DNA of 63,871 nucleotides, filler included, from Octopus bimaculoides (GCF_001194135.2; 5 parts of 5 records of this genome joined end to end with filler, not necessarily neighbours in it); one strand, 5' to 3'; positions 41,601 to 52,417 are shown, counted from the whole stretch's first letter. The notes: generated from the letters alone by a model not told the origin. Made by a program: numbers and translations.

Positions 41601-44420
41601 CAAGAGTGGTTAACAGATGTAATTTATTACCCTTGGGAAGAGGGAGGTCAAAGTTTGTTGGAGTGTTAGACAGAATGCTTTTGTAGTATTTGTTCTAACT
41701 CTCTGGACTTTAAGTTCAAAACCTAACTAAGTCAACTTATCCTTTCAGCAGTGTTGGTAAAGTAGCAGACCAGACCAGACCAATGAAATTTGCAGAATGT
41801 TAGCGCTTCAGATGAGTTGTTTTGTAATATCTGTTTTGATTCCAAAAGTTCCAACCCTTTTTCCGGCTACTGAAAAAGAACAGACCCTTTGGGGCCTGGC
41901 AAAATTGGTGATGGTTTTGGCTCGAACTTTTCAGTTGACCAACCTCCATGTCATCATACAAGCTAACAGGAAAAAATGCACTCAAAGAAGAAGATACATG
42001 CATAAAATAGGTTTCCATATAGTTTCCATCTACCAAATTCTATTACTAAGGTATTAGTTGAACTCAAACTCCAATAGAAGACATTTGTCTTTGAGGCTCT
42101 GCTGTAGGATTGAACTTAGAAACATGTGGTTACAAAGTGAACTTCTTAACCACACTGCCATGCTGGCACCAATGAATTTTTCAATGGGCTTCACATGTTG
42201 CTTTTTTCTTTTGCAGGGAATATTTATACAGAACTATGTCTGTGATTATTCAGTATACAAGACCAAGATCAATTGTCTCTATATTGATCACGTGAGTATT
42301 CTTATAACATCATTACCACCACCATCATTGTTATTATTGTCTCCATCACTACCATTCTTACTACCATCACCACCACCCTCGCTATCACTACCACCATCAT
42401 TATCCACCATCAATTTATATCCATTTTTCCATGGCACCCAACACAGCATCTCACTCCTTGGCATCAGCTTATAACACTTCTTCCCAAGTCTTTCTCTTCC
42501 ACAGAATTCTTCCAGTTTGATCCCTTGGCCCCTTTTTACCCAGATGTCATTGTCATCTTCCTTTACCTGTTAATACCAGCACAGTCTTTTCTCGTGTATG
42601 TTACATTTGATTCCTCTTGTCTTCATATTTCTCTCAGCTCATTCATATCCCAAGACTTTCACTGTCTATGTTTTACTACCATGTCACAGCACTCTTCACA
42701 TTACATGCATCATACAATCTCCTTTCACATTTGGAAAGAGGTGAGGGTTGGTGACAGGAAGGGCATTCCAACTGCAGAAAATCTGTCTCAATAAACCCCA
42801 TCCAACACATGCAAGCATAGAAAAGTGAAAATTAAAATGGTGATGATTATATATATATGTTGCAGCCGCTGGCTTTCCGGACCTCAGTCAAACCGTCCGA
42901 CCCATGACAACATAGAAAATGGATGTTAAACAATGATGATGATGATGCAATGTTCATTATTTTTCAGGCTCGTTTAACATGTGTTGAAGAAGGCTTTAAT
43001 AATTACCACATTTTCTTTGAGATGTTGGCAGGCCTTACTGCTGAAGAGAAAAGTGAGTTTTTGTTTGATTTTTTAATAGATTTTTCTTTTCTAACTTTAA
43101 ATTTTGCCTTCACATAGATAACCTACTACCAATGTGGGGCAGTTATTTTCCCTGACAAGTTTTCCCCTCAAAATTTGAGCCAAAACATTTTCTAAAGATT
43201 TTTCTATATAGAATTTTCTGCATATGAATCCTTTCTCCTCATTTTTATACAAAGATTTCCCTCAAATAATTTTCTGTAAGCATCTCTGCATCTCTAAGAA
43301 GTTTGCTTTGCTACCATGTGACTTCAGGTTCAGTCCCACTGCATGGCATCTTGGGCAAATGTCTTCTATTACCCTGGGCCAACCAATTCCTTGTGAGTGG
43401 AGTTAGTAGAGAGAAACTGTATGGAGACCCATCAAATGTATATACTAGCAGAGATACCCGGCCTTCCTCGGCATTAAAATGCCATAGTTTTTTTATTGTT
43501 AAAATGAGTGGTGAAGTTGGAAGAACAGAGTGAAAAAAACAATATATGTATGAACAAGAGCACTCAGAGAGTGCAAACCTCTGCCAAGGCAACACCAGTG
43601 TCCTCTCAAAGATTAGCTGGAGATGATTTTTAAAATGAGAATATCTCATCAGAACACTTGATGCCTTCATGTTTGTCCTCCATTTTGCTTGACAACCAAT
43701 GTTGGTTCATTTATGTCCCTGCAATTTAGTAGTTTGCCAAACGAAAATGATAGAATAAGCACTGGATTTAAAAAGAATCAGTGCTAGGGTTGATTTGTTC
43801 AACTAAACTCTTCAAGTGCCCCAGCATAACCACAATGCAATGGCTGAAACATGAGAAAGAATTCTAAAGAAATCAATTTTTAACCCATATTCTGTATGCA
43901 TGTTTACTTTATATTGAATCCTAACATGAATATTTTAGGCAAATTTTCATGACATGTTCTTGAATTACCAAATTTCAACTCCTATTTTTGCTTTCTATTT
44001 GCTTATCAACTGCCCCATGTTGTTCTTTCATTCCATCATGTTTTCGGCAACATGATGGAATGAAAGTTATAGAAAAATGTGTTTATGTGAAAAAAATTAC
44101 AACAATAATCCTCATTTGGTTGGAAATTGAAGCTTTTAACCTAAATACTGTTATAGACAATGGTTACATTAATAATTATATACAACAGTTATTTTTGCAA
44201 AGTTTATAAAAAGAACTGGATATCACTTGAATCAAATTACCTCAGGAACATAAACTAAGTTAAAAGTTTAAAATGTACATTGATATTTCTTTGCTGGTTG
44301 TTGTGTTTCAGTAAGACTCCTTGCTCTTTTAAAGATCATATGTCTGAGAATGAAAGTGATGATAACTACATCCAATCAAAGCCTTGTGAGTGGATTTGGT
44401 TGAGAAAACTGAAAGAAGCT

Positions 44421-44464
<44 letters not shown>

Positions 44465-46447
44465 GGATATACTTTTCGTAATGAGATAAAAAAAACCAAG
44501 GCTGTGTGCATTATAGAACATTTATAAATAGAAGGTCTTACAGCTGTTTCTTGGATATTTATTATATCCCTTCAACAAAGACGGTGTGAGAGGATGGTTA
44601 AGCAATAGTTAGTTTACATAAGATAGGAAATAGAGAGTGAATGCAAGGATATTGTATTTGTTAATCCATTGTTCAGGCAGAATGGTATACATATAAGATT
44701 CCAATACTCTATGAGTAAAATCCAACAGTCTTTGGAATTGGTCATTCCAAATACAGAGTTTGTACACAGTGTTATTGAATCAGGGGTTCTGTTTATATAC
44801 TGCCGTCAGTAATTACTCAGGGCTATATAAAAGCATGCCATTTATATCACATGTTGTTCATGTTGCTATTGTTGTTGTTGCAGGGAATTTATACCTGGAT
44901 AATTATCAGACATTCAAAGAATTCCATTATCTTTCTACAAGTGATCCTCCAGCTGATTTTGACACATTGAAAAAACAATTTCAGGAGTGGAAAGTAAGTT
45001 TCTCAGTCCATCTATCTTTCTGTCTGCCTGCCTGTCTCTGTCTACCTCTGTTTGCCTGTCTCTCTTACGTATCCCCACCCCCACTTAAATGTGAATGTTC
45101 TGTTAGAACAAGCTATACTGCAGAAGATACCATGAGAGAAACTCTCATATTGGATCTTGGTGCAAAATGCACTCTTGTTTATATCACTAGTGGGGAGATA
45201 AATCCATATCATCTGGTGGTGTCAGCACTGAAGATGGTGGGGGATTTATCTCCTTGCTAGCGATATAAACACTGTTGCATTTTGCACCAAAAGATAATAT
45301 GAGAGTTTCTTGCATGGTTGTTGGCACTCCGTCGGTTATGATGACGAGGGTTCCAGTTGATCCAATCAACAGAACAGCCTGCTCGTGAAATTAATGGGCA
45401 AGTGGCTGAGCACTCCACAGACACGAGTACCCTTAACATAGTTCTCGGGGTGATTCAGCATGACACAGAGTGTGACAAGGCTGACCCTTTGAATTACAGG
45501 TACAACAGAAACAGGAAGTAAGAATGAGAGAAAGTTGTGGTGAAAGAATACAGCAGGGTTCGCCACCATCCCCTGCCAGAGCCTCGTGGAACTTTAGGTG
45601 TTTTCGCTCAATAAACACAACGCCCAGTCTGGGAATCGAAACTGCGATCCTACGACCGCGAGTCCACTGCCCTAACCACTAGGCCATTGCGCCTCCACTC
45701 TTGCAAGGTATCAACTGCAAAATAGTTTGGTCTAAGGGAACATCCACATTTAAGCGTGGATAAATATAAATGACATAAAGCTCAGTGGGCTTGTGAAGGT
45801 CATCTGCTCTGCCTTCCTCCAGACTCAACTAATAAAAAAAAGACAATAAAAAATAAAACAAAACCTTTAAATGCCAAACCTGTGTCCATTGAGCACTCAT
45901 GCCAAGTATCTTGTGGTCTTTGATGACACCATCTGCTTGTCATCAATTTGTCATCAACCATTGTTATCACATTTATCTTCCATCCTGCCAAAGACCTTGA
46001 CTGTGAACTAATAAGGTCCCCCTCGGAACAGGGGACCTTATTAGTTGTTGTTGGCTGGAACCCAGAGCTTGTGACAGGAAGGATTGTTTTTCCTTGAAGT
46101 AACTGAATCACTACCCACTCACTTGGATCACAATGGATGGTGATGTGTTGAAATTATTGTATTTGTTGCTGTTGTTGATATTGTTGCTGCTGATGTTGTT
46201 GTTGGTGGTGGTGGTGGTGTTGTTGTTTTCGATCTTCTTCTTTCCCTTCCAGGACTGTCTCATCACATGTGATGTATCGTTTACCGATGTCACCAGAGTC
46301 TTGTCTGCTGTCCTCTTGATAGGAAACATCACTTTTCTCTCCACCAATTCTCAACAATTGGATCTCAAAAGTCAGAATGGTGAGGAGAACCTTCATCCTA
46401 TTTCTAAACTATTTCTTCTTACCATTTCTCCCCCTCTCTTTCCTCTC

Positions 46448-46500
<53 letters not shown>

Positions 46501-46861
46501 ACTTTCCCTCCTTCTCTCTCTCCATTCTCTCTNNNNNNNNNNNNNNNNNNNNNNNNNNNNNNNNNNNNNNNNNNNNNNNNNNNNNNNNNNNNNNNNNNNN
46601 NNNNNNNNNNNNNNNNNNNNNNNNNNNNNNNNNNNNNNNNNNNNNNNNNNNNNNNNNNNNNNNNNNNNNNNNNNNNNNNNNNNNNNNNNNNNNNNNNNNN
46701 NNNNNNNNNNNNNNNNNNNNNNNNNNNNNNNNNNNNNNNNNNNNNNNNNNNNNNNNNNNNNNNNNNNNNNNNNNNNNNNNNNNNNNNNNNNNNNNNNNNN
46801 NNNNNNNNNNNNNNNNNNNNNNNNNNNNNNNNNNNNNNNNNNNNNNNNNNNNNNNNNNNNN

Positions 46862-46910
<49 letters not shown>

Positions 46911-46932
46911 ACTTTCCCTCCTTCTCTCTCTC

Positions 46933-46981
<49 letters not shown>

Positions 46982-48479
46982 TGCATGTTAGAATGTACAG
47001 TGTGGTCTTCATGCTAAGTACAAGCATCAGTAAATGGCTAAAATACTTACCACACAGCCACTCCTGCACCTATAGCAGCATTTTGTCCATCTTCGTGTTC
47101 TGAGTTCAAATTCCACTGAGGTCAACTTTACCTTTCATCCTGTTGGGGTTGATAATATAAGTACCAGTTGAGTACTGGGGTTAATGTAATCGACTTACAC
47201 CTTTTGGCCTTGTGCCAAAATTCGAAATCAGTATGTCTGCCAGGAAGAAAGTGGTGAGAAGGCAGAAAAATTACTATGCCAAGCAACATTTCTTCTGACT
47301 TTATGTTCTGAGTTCAAATTCTGCTGAGGCTGACTTGACCTTTCGTCTTTTTGGGGTCAATAAAAGAAGTACCAGTTGATCACTGGGGTCAATGTAATCA
47401 ACTTACCCGCTCCCCTTGTGCCAATATTTCTAACCAATATATCAGATAGAAAGATGGCCGTACAAGGTTGCACTGGGACATGCAACAAGTTTGACAATAA
47501 CAGCAACAACAACTTACTAAATGTGTTTTATAGTGCTGGCATCATGAGAGCAGCAAGGTATTCTACCCTTCACGTATCATTTGGGTTACTGATGCAAGGC
47601 AGTTCTTTTAACTGGGTTCATGAAACAATGGCAGATAAGAAAATGGGTTAAGTGCTAAATTCTTCTTTTATTTTCATACTTATATTTTTTGTTTAAGGCT
47701 GCAAGCTGGCGGAATCATTAGCACGCCGGATGAAATGCTTAACAGTATTTCGCCCGTCGCTATGTTCTGGGTTCAAATTCCACTGAGGTTGACTTTACCT
47801 TTCATCCTTTCGGGGTCGATAAATTAAGTACCAGTGAAACACTGGGGATCGATGTCATCAATTAGTCCCCTCCCTTAAAATTACCCGTCTTGTCCTTTCA
47901 GTAGAATGGATTTATATCTTTGTTTTGTTTTGTTTTTTTAAGAATTGATGTCTGTTTTCCTCTGTTGCAGAACTAAAATCAGTGGCTACATTGCTGGGAA
48001 TCTCAAGTATGGTCCTTTATCAAGGGCTCACCACCAAAACTATCAACACTCCTGAAGGATTAAACTTAACCCCTATAGTGAGTACAATAAAGGTAAGGAC
48101 AAACAATTATTTTCTGAACAGATTTATTTATTTATTATTGTATTGTTTGGGATTTTTTTTTATTTGTGTGGGAGGTGTGGTTCACAGCATTGGGGTATTC
48201 ATTCATAATCTTCGTTGTTCATTGTCTACTTTTCCATATTTGGATGGGTTAAACAGAATTTGTTGCAGCATATTTTGATTTTCTGTGTCTAGGCACGGGA
48301 GTGGCTGTGTGGTAAGTAGCTTGCTTACCAACTACATGGTTCTGGGTTCAATCCCACTGCGTGGCACCTTGGGCAAGTGTCTTCTACTATAGCCTCGGGC
48401 CGACCAAAGCCTTGTGAGTGGATTTGGTAGACGGAAACTGAAAGAAGCCCATCATATATATGTGTATATATTGTGTGTG

Positions 48480-48514
<35 letters not shown>

Positions 48515-50838
48515 ATATGTTTGTGTGTTTGTGTTTGTCCCCCCAACATCGCTTGACAACCGATGCTGGTGTGTTTACGTCCCCGTAACTTAGCGGTTCG
48601 GCAAAAGAGACCGATAGAATAAGTACTAGGCTTCCAAAGAATAAGTCCTGGGGTCGATTTGCTCGACTAAAGGCGGTGCTCCAGCATGGCCGCAGTCAAA
48701 TGACTGAAACAACTAAAAGAGTAAAAGAGTATATATATGGAATAGTTGTGAGCTTTTATACATTTCATGAAACCATAAACTTTCACCTGAAAAACTCCTG
48801 TCCTAAGTTTAGGCCTGAGTAAGGAAGGGGTTTTATGTTTTATGTAAGAATAGAAGTTGCTCATGCCACAAATTTCTTCTCTCCACATCGTTGGTGTGGT
48901 CCTAGAAAAAGGTGGTTTATCTTGCTTGAAGATTTGGGCGGGGTGGTTTGTGATTAAAATATTTGTGGTAAATATGGCTGAAAGGTCCCTAATAATTTTC
49001 TTTTGAAGATCCATGAAAACAAAGATGCCCTTGCTCAGGCTCTGTATGTTCGGACTGTACACATGATTGTGAGGAAGGCAAACAGTTTGCTGAGGACACA
49101 CGGTACAAAGAAAGGACGAAATCCATCAAATGCAAGCGGAAGTTGTAAATCTGGTAAAGGAATTCATTATGGTTTTATAGTTTTTGTTGTAATTTATGAG
49201 GACAAATATCCATCAAATGTAATTACATAATTCCTCATCTCTCAGATAAAGAACTGAACCATTATCTTTCTCTCTTTTTCCAGCTCCTCCCCTATTTCTT
49301 CTATCCTCGCTTCTATAATGAGAAGCCATATATCTCCTCTACAGCAAAAAACCTTTTCTGTTCTGGCTCCTTCTTTCATACTCTGACCTAATCTCTTAGC
49401 ATGAAGCTACCACTTCCTCTGCTTATACTCATACTCAGTTGACTGGGATCTTAGTCTTGAAAGCCACATGGCTCCCCTATTTGTGCTGGTGCTATGAAAA
49501 TAATTCCTAGTACATGCAGTAAAGGGGTTAGGATTAGGAAGGGCATCCAGTCATAGAAATTATGCTAAAGTAGACACTGGAGCAGACCCACAAGATCCAG
49601 TCAAACTATCCAACCTATGTCAGTATGGAAGATGAACATTAAGTAAAGTAAAGAAGAAAGATTTGATACGATTTTATCCTTGATCGGAGTTTTCCTTTAA
49701 GATTGTCTATATGACATTTTGTTCAAAGAGAAATATGCAACTAAAGGCTTCATAAGCTAATTAAACAATAATGGTTTGTCTTTAACTGAGTATCATTCCA
49801 GTACAAATGTATCTTTACAACTGAATTAGTTTCATCTCTATTTCATTAGATTTCTTTAAATACTGACCCCATTAAATATGTTATATTAACATTATTATTA
49901 TTGTTTATTCTATTACCAAGATGACCGACTGAGTGCCCAGAAGTCATTTCACAGTACCACTTCAGATAGATCTGTCCCTACAGAAACTGACCGACAAATG
50001 CCTCCTCTGCTAAATATCATTGATATGTTTGGATTTGAAGACCTCACGGTAAGTCATTCAACTTGCATGTTTTTTCTTTCTTTTTTTTCCCTCCATTTCC
50101 CTTCATATTTTTTCTTTGATATGTTCAAGGGAGATTTAACTCCTATTTCTTGCACCTGGAATGACCACAGACATACTTTCTTTGTTGTTGTTTTGCTTCA
50201 AATCAACCTTGACCAAGCAGCCCTCTTATCAATGGTGTTTTAATCCTGACCATCCCCTCTTGTTCTCGGACACAATGTTATTTAGGACTACATTATCCAA
50301 TGTGCATATATCAATAGTTTTAAAACAATGAGGTAGAGTATGAGAAAGATTAACCCTTTTATTACAGTATTTATTTTGAGTTGCTCTGTGTTTCTTTCAA
50401 TTACTTTAAATCTAACAAAGAATTTAGTAAAATAACTTAGTTATCATTCAGCTAGTGTTAGGAACATAAATTGTGACTAACGTTTGGTGGAAGATTTTAA
50501 TTCAAAACTTAAGAAAACAAGACATTTGTACTCAGCTATTTCACCACCACAACTATCACACTCCACCACAACCACCACCACTATTATCATCACCACCACG
50601 AATATTAACCTACTAAAATTAATACTGCTTCGATATTCACCAGGATAATAAATTAGAGCAGCTGGCCGTCAACTTTTGCTCTGAGTTACTGGAAAGTTAT
50701 CACAATTCCCATGCTTTCAACACATCCAGGAGTAGCAGCAAAGATGAAACCAGGAATAAGTACGCCCAATCAAGCCCTGAGTTGATTAAAGAAAGATGTT
50801 CAGACAATCAGTTAGTTGTGGATCTCATTTCACACCCG
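33552..50838 (+). CDS. dachs: Dachs-like unconventional myosin (class XX-like), partial 10-exon motor-domain model, 5' and 3' incomplete
   Basis: Exons 33552-33721, 36755-36932, 42217-42291, 42968-43052, 44884-44993, 46253-46379, 47971-48092, 49009-49153, 49921-50048 and 50644-50838 total 1335 nt with no stops. All introns are GT..AG with matching phases. Motifs in order: INPY, GESGSGKS, NSDSSRVG, NYHIFFEMLAGL, VLLIGNI, KDALAQALYVRTV, IIDMFGFE, LEQLAVNFCSE, DNQLVVDLIS. Features recalled from Drosophila Dachs (AAFTVLRSLG, SESSRIG, YRTKIHCYFLDQ, GLTTRT, ALYCRTVATIVRRANSL, DMFGFE) align colinearly. Myosin identity is secure; the Dachs orthology is from memory and needs phylogeny. Confidence 0.85.
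34825..35280 (-). mobile_element. Two tandem CpG-decayed SINE family C copies
   Basis: Reverse-complement matches to family C at 34825-35040 and 35070-35280. Confidence 0.75.
35691..35965 (+). mobile_element. Mariner-like element 5' end (TIR plus transposase N-terminus)
   Basis: TA-flanked end TACATGGTCTGATCAATAAATATCCAGAC; downstream (T)TEQVEQRI*IKFYQQL resembles mariner EQRxxIKFC. An inverted copy of the first 106 bp lies at 35519-35624. Confidence 0.65.
36079..36354 (+). mobile_element. SINE family A (3' part lost in the N gap)
   Basis: Head GTGGAGGCGCAATGGCCCAGTGGTTAGGGCAGCGGACTCG. Confidence 0.9.
36755..36932 (+). CDS. dachs: Myosin exon B: P-loop GESGSGKS to switch I NSDSSRV
   Basis: ttattctag| acceptor; cg+a completes Arg; gtg|gtcagt donor, phase 0. 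Confidence 0.93.
37960..38130 (+). mobile_element. SINE family C, CpG-decayed
   Basis: TTCTGAGTTCAAATTCC...GTACCAGTCCAGTACTGGGGTCAAT. Confidence 0.7.
38204..38731. mobile_element. Zero-spacer palindrome built from an R4/Dong-like LINE restriction-like endonuclease fragment
   Basis: The 240-bp left arm mirrors the right arm (288 bp including a 48-bp duplication); centre ACA|TGT at 38443/38444. The right arm translates CLGD...SEREEKQVRYDDLKQEMQSL*SLKE....DGALG....LQKMVLLGTA. Confidence 0.8.
39650..40250 (-). mobile_element. RTE (BovB-like) LINE 3' fragment, in a myosin intron
   Basis: Minus ORFs: RLSEGVFLKKGLRASTKISVY..VPTFLYRSECWTLYQHQIRQLEGFHIR and GCPKLHFHDYLNWSL, typical of the RTE RT C-terminal region. 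Confidence 0.85.
40297..40500. repeat. 26-bp minisatellite (ACATTTATTGTCACATTATCTCGTAA)n
   Basis: Several full and partial tandem units; a 10-N gap inside. Confidence 0.9.
40501..41117. repeat. 165-bp identical direct repeat flanking a 287-N gap
   Basis: 40501-40665 is identical to 40953-41117. Confidence 0.9.
42217..42291 (+). CDS. dachs: Myosin exon C (GIFIQNYVCDYSVYKTKINCLYIDH)
   Basis: ttttttcttttgcag| acceptor, cac|gtgagt donor; 75 nt, phase 0/0; supplies the G of SSRxG. Confidence 0.88.
42968..43052 (+). CDS. dachs: Myosin exon D (ARLTCVEEGFNNYHIFFEMLAGLTAEEK)
   Basis: ttttcag| acceptor, a|gtgagt donor; equivalent to the canonical ERNYHIFY motif. Confidence 0.92.
44884..44993 (+). 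CDS. dachs: Myosin exon E (NLYLDNYQTFKEFHYL...FQEWK)
   Basis: ttgttgcag| acceptor, phase 1 matching exon D; aaa|gtaagt donor. Confidence 0.88.
45130..45317. mobile_element. Imperfect fold-back MITE-like element
   Basis: GAAACTCTCATATT..TGGTGCAAAATGCA..GTTTATATC..GGAGATAAATCC is mirrored by GGATTTATCTCC..GATATAAAC..TGCATTTTGCACCA..AATATGAGAGTTTC. Confidence 0.7.
45317..45698 (-). mobile_element. SINE family A (full-length)
   Basis: Reverse complement is highly similar to 36079-36354. Confidence 0.9.
46253..46379 (+). CDS. dachs: Myosin exon F (DCLITCDVSFTDVTRVLSAVLLIGNITF...)
   Basis: Long pyrimidine tract ...tttcccttccag|; g|gtgagg donor; contains the myosin LxAILxLGNI motif. Confidence 0.92.
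46430..46965. repeat. (CT)n microsatellite spanning an N gap
   Basis: Direct reading. Confidence 0.9.
47085..47425 (+). mobile_element. Two tandem CpG-decayed SINE family C copies
   Basis: Two TTCTGAGTTCAAATTC...GTACCAGTTG...CTGGGGT blocks. Confidence 0.8.
47695..47915 (+). mobile_element. tRNA-derived SINE, family C
   Basis: AAGGCTGCAAGCTGGCGGAATC...GGTTCAAATTCC...TCATCCTTTCGGGGTCGATAAATTAAGTACCAG; more than ten related copies in the window. Confidence 0.85.
47971..48092 (+). CDS. dachs: Myosin exon G (ELKSVATLLGISSMVLYQGLTTKT...)
   Basis: ttttcctctgttgcag| acceptor, phase 1; aag|gtaagg donor; a second in-frame donor lies at 48078. Confidence 0.9.
48291..48729 (+). mobile_element. tRNA-derived SINE, family B (full-length, CpG-retaining young copy)
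   Basis: Head AGGCACGGGAGTGGCTGTGTGGTAAG...GGTTCAATCCC with A/B-box-like motifs; internal (TA)n(TG)n; (TAAAAGAG)n tail. Confidence 0.9.
49009..49153 (+). CDS. dachs: Myosin exon H (IHENKDALAQALYVRTVHMIVRKANSL...)
   Basis: ttttcttttgaag| acceptor, g|gtaaag donor; matches the myosin RDALAKALY motif. Confidence 0.92.
49921..50048 (+). CDS. dachs: Myosin exon I ending in switch II (NIIDMFGFEDLT)
   Basis: tattaccaag| acceptor, phase 1; acg|gtaagt donor. Confidence 0.92.
50644..50838 (+). CDS. dachs: Myosin exon J (DNKLEQLAVNFCSELLESYHNSHAF...DNQLVVDLISHP); absent from the supplied ORF track
   Basis: atattcaccag| acceptor, phase 0; 65 open codons; ccg|gtacgt donor; matches the myosin FEQLCINxxNE relay helix and the DNxxxxDLI motif. 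Confidence 0.9.
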
Positions 50839-50892
50839 GTACGTAGATCTTTTTTTATCTTTATCAAAAATTTTATTCCATATTGTGATTGT

Positions 50893-51050
50893 CACAGGCA
50901 TGGCTGTGAGATTAAGAAGTTTGTTTTCCAGCCATAGGGTTTTGCATTCAGTCCCACTGCATGGCATCTTGATTAAGAGTCTTCTACTATAGCTCCACAC
51001 TGATCAAAGCCTTGTGAATAGATCTATTAGATGGAAACTGAAAGAAGCCC
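50893..51050 (+). mobile_element. SINE family B head, CpG-decayed
   Basis: CAGTCCCACTGCATGGCATCTTG...GATGGAAACTGAAAGAAGCCC. Confidence 0.7.
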
Positions 51051-51384
51051 ATTGTATGTGTTTGTGTATAAGCATGTGTGTGGGTGTATGTGTTTGTGTC
51101 TCCTTGTCTTGACAGTATGTAATAGTTGTAAATGAGTGTCCCTGTCGCACATGAATTTCCAGTCTACCATGAGGAAATATTACCTTGCTTGGAAATAGGT
51201 GAAAGCTGGTGACAGGAAAGGCATCCAGTTGTAGAAAATTTGCCTCAGCAAATTCCATTCAACTCTTGCCAGCAGGGAAAAGTGGATGTTAAAATGATAA
51301 TGATATTGATGAGGATTTGTGATCAATGCCTTTATCAGTGACAGATTAATCCTTGCTCACTGTATTTCTGACACAGACAGTGGC

Positions 51385-51423
<39 letters not shown>

Positions 51424-51523
51424 NNNNNNNNNNNNNNNNNNNNNNNNNNNNNNNNNNNNNNNNNNNNTTAATTAATTAANNNNNNNNNNNNNNNNNNNNN
51501 NNNNNNNNNNNNNNNNNNNNNNN
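51424..51523. other. Artificial scaffold-joining spacer; truncates the myosin gene
   Basis: Same 44N+12+44N structure. Confidence 0.95.
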
Positions 51524-51563
<40 letters not shown>

Positions 51564-51581
51564 CATGACCATATATTCTTT

Positions 51582-51746
51582 TCTATTATAGACACAAGGC
51601 CCGAAAATTTTTGGTAGTGGCCAGTCGATTAGATCAACTCCAGTACTTAATTAATGGTGCTTAATTTATCGACTCCGAAATGATGAAAGACAAAATCGAC
51701 CTCGGCGGAGTTTGAACTCAGACCGTAAAGACAGACAAAATACCGG
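51582..51746 (-). mobile_element. SINE family C (CpG-rich copy)
   Basis: ATCGACCTCGGCGGAGTTTGAACTCAG. Confidence 0.8.
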
Positions 51747-52324
51747 TAACAATACATGACCATATATTTACAAACAAACCTTCAAACACCTATTAATACA
51801 CGTGTGAGTGTTCGTATGTTTGTATGCGAATATTGTAACTTTTCTTCAGGTACCTTCGAAGTCAGTGTCAATAAAATAAATTACAATGTAAAATTCTAAT
51901 CTTGTTCTGAGTTCCTTCTCCAATTACTAAGTCACTCTTATATATTTATATATTAGATACGTTTAGGTATAGATATGTGTATGTGCATACATATAAACGT
52001 ATGTATGCATATGTATTCATACGTATGCCTATATATATCAAAATATATGTACATATCTACATCTAGCGATATGTATGTGTGCAAAAATGTATACAGATAC
52101 AGGTAAGTATTACTATTAAATAAATATTTATAGCATATTTCTTTGATATTATCTGAATTTTAGAAGCCGATAAAGAATTTGCATTTAGCGGGACAAATAA
52201 TTAGTGCATAAATATTGCTTGAAACCACACAGCTGCAATTTTAAATCATTCACTGAAGTACCCGTCTATGTGGTTATTGAATAATCAATCTGATATACAT
52301 ACTTACATATATCTACACACACAC

Positions 52325-52417
<93 letters not shown>

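Noticed and set aside
46430-46965. Duplicated CT-rich block on both sides of the gap
   Set aside because: Most simply an unmerged contig overlap within a microsatellite.
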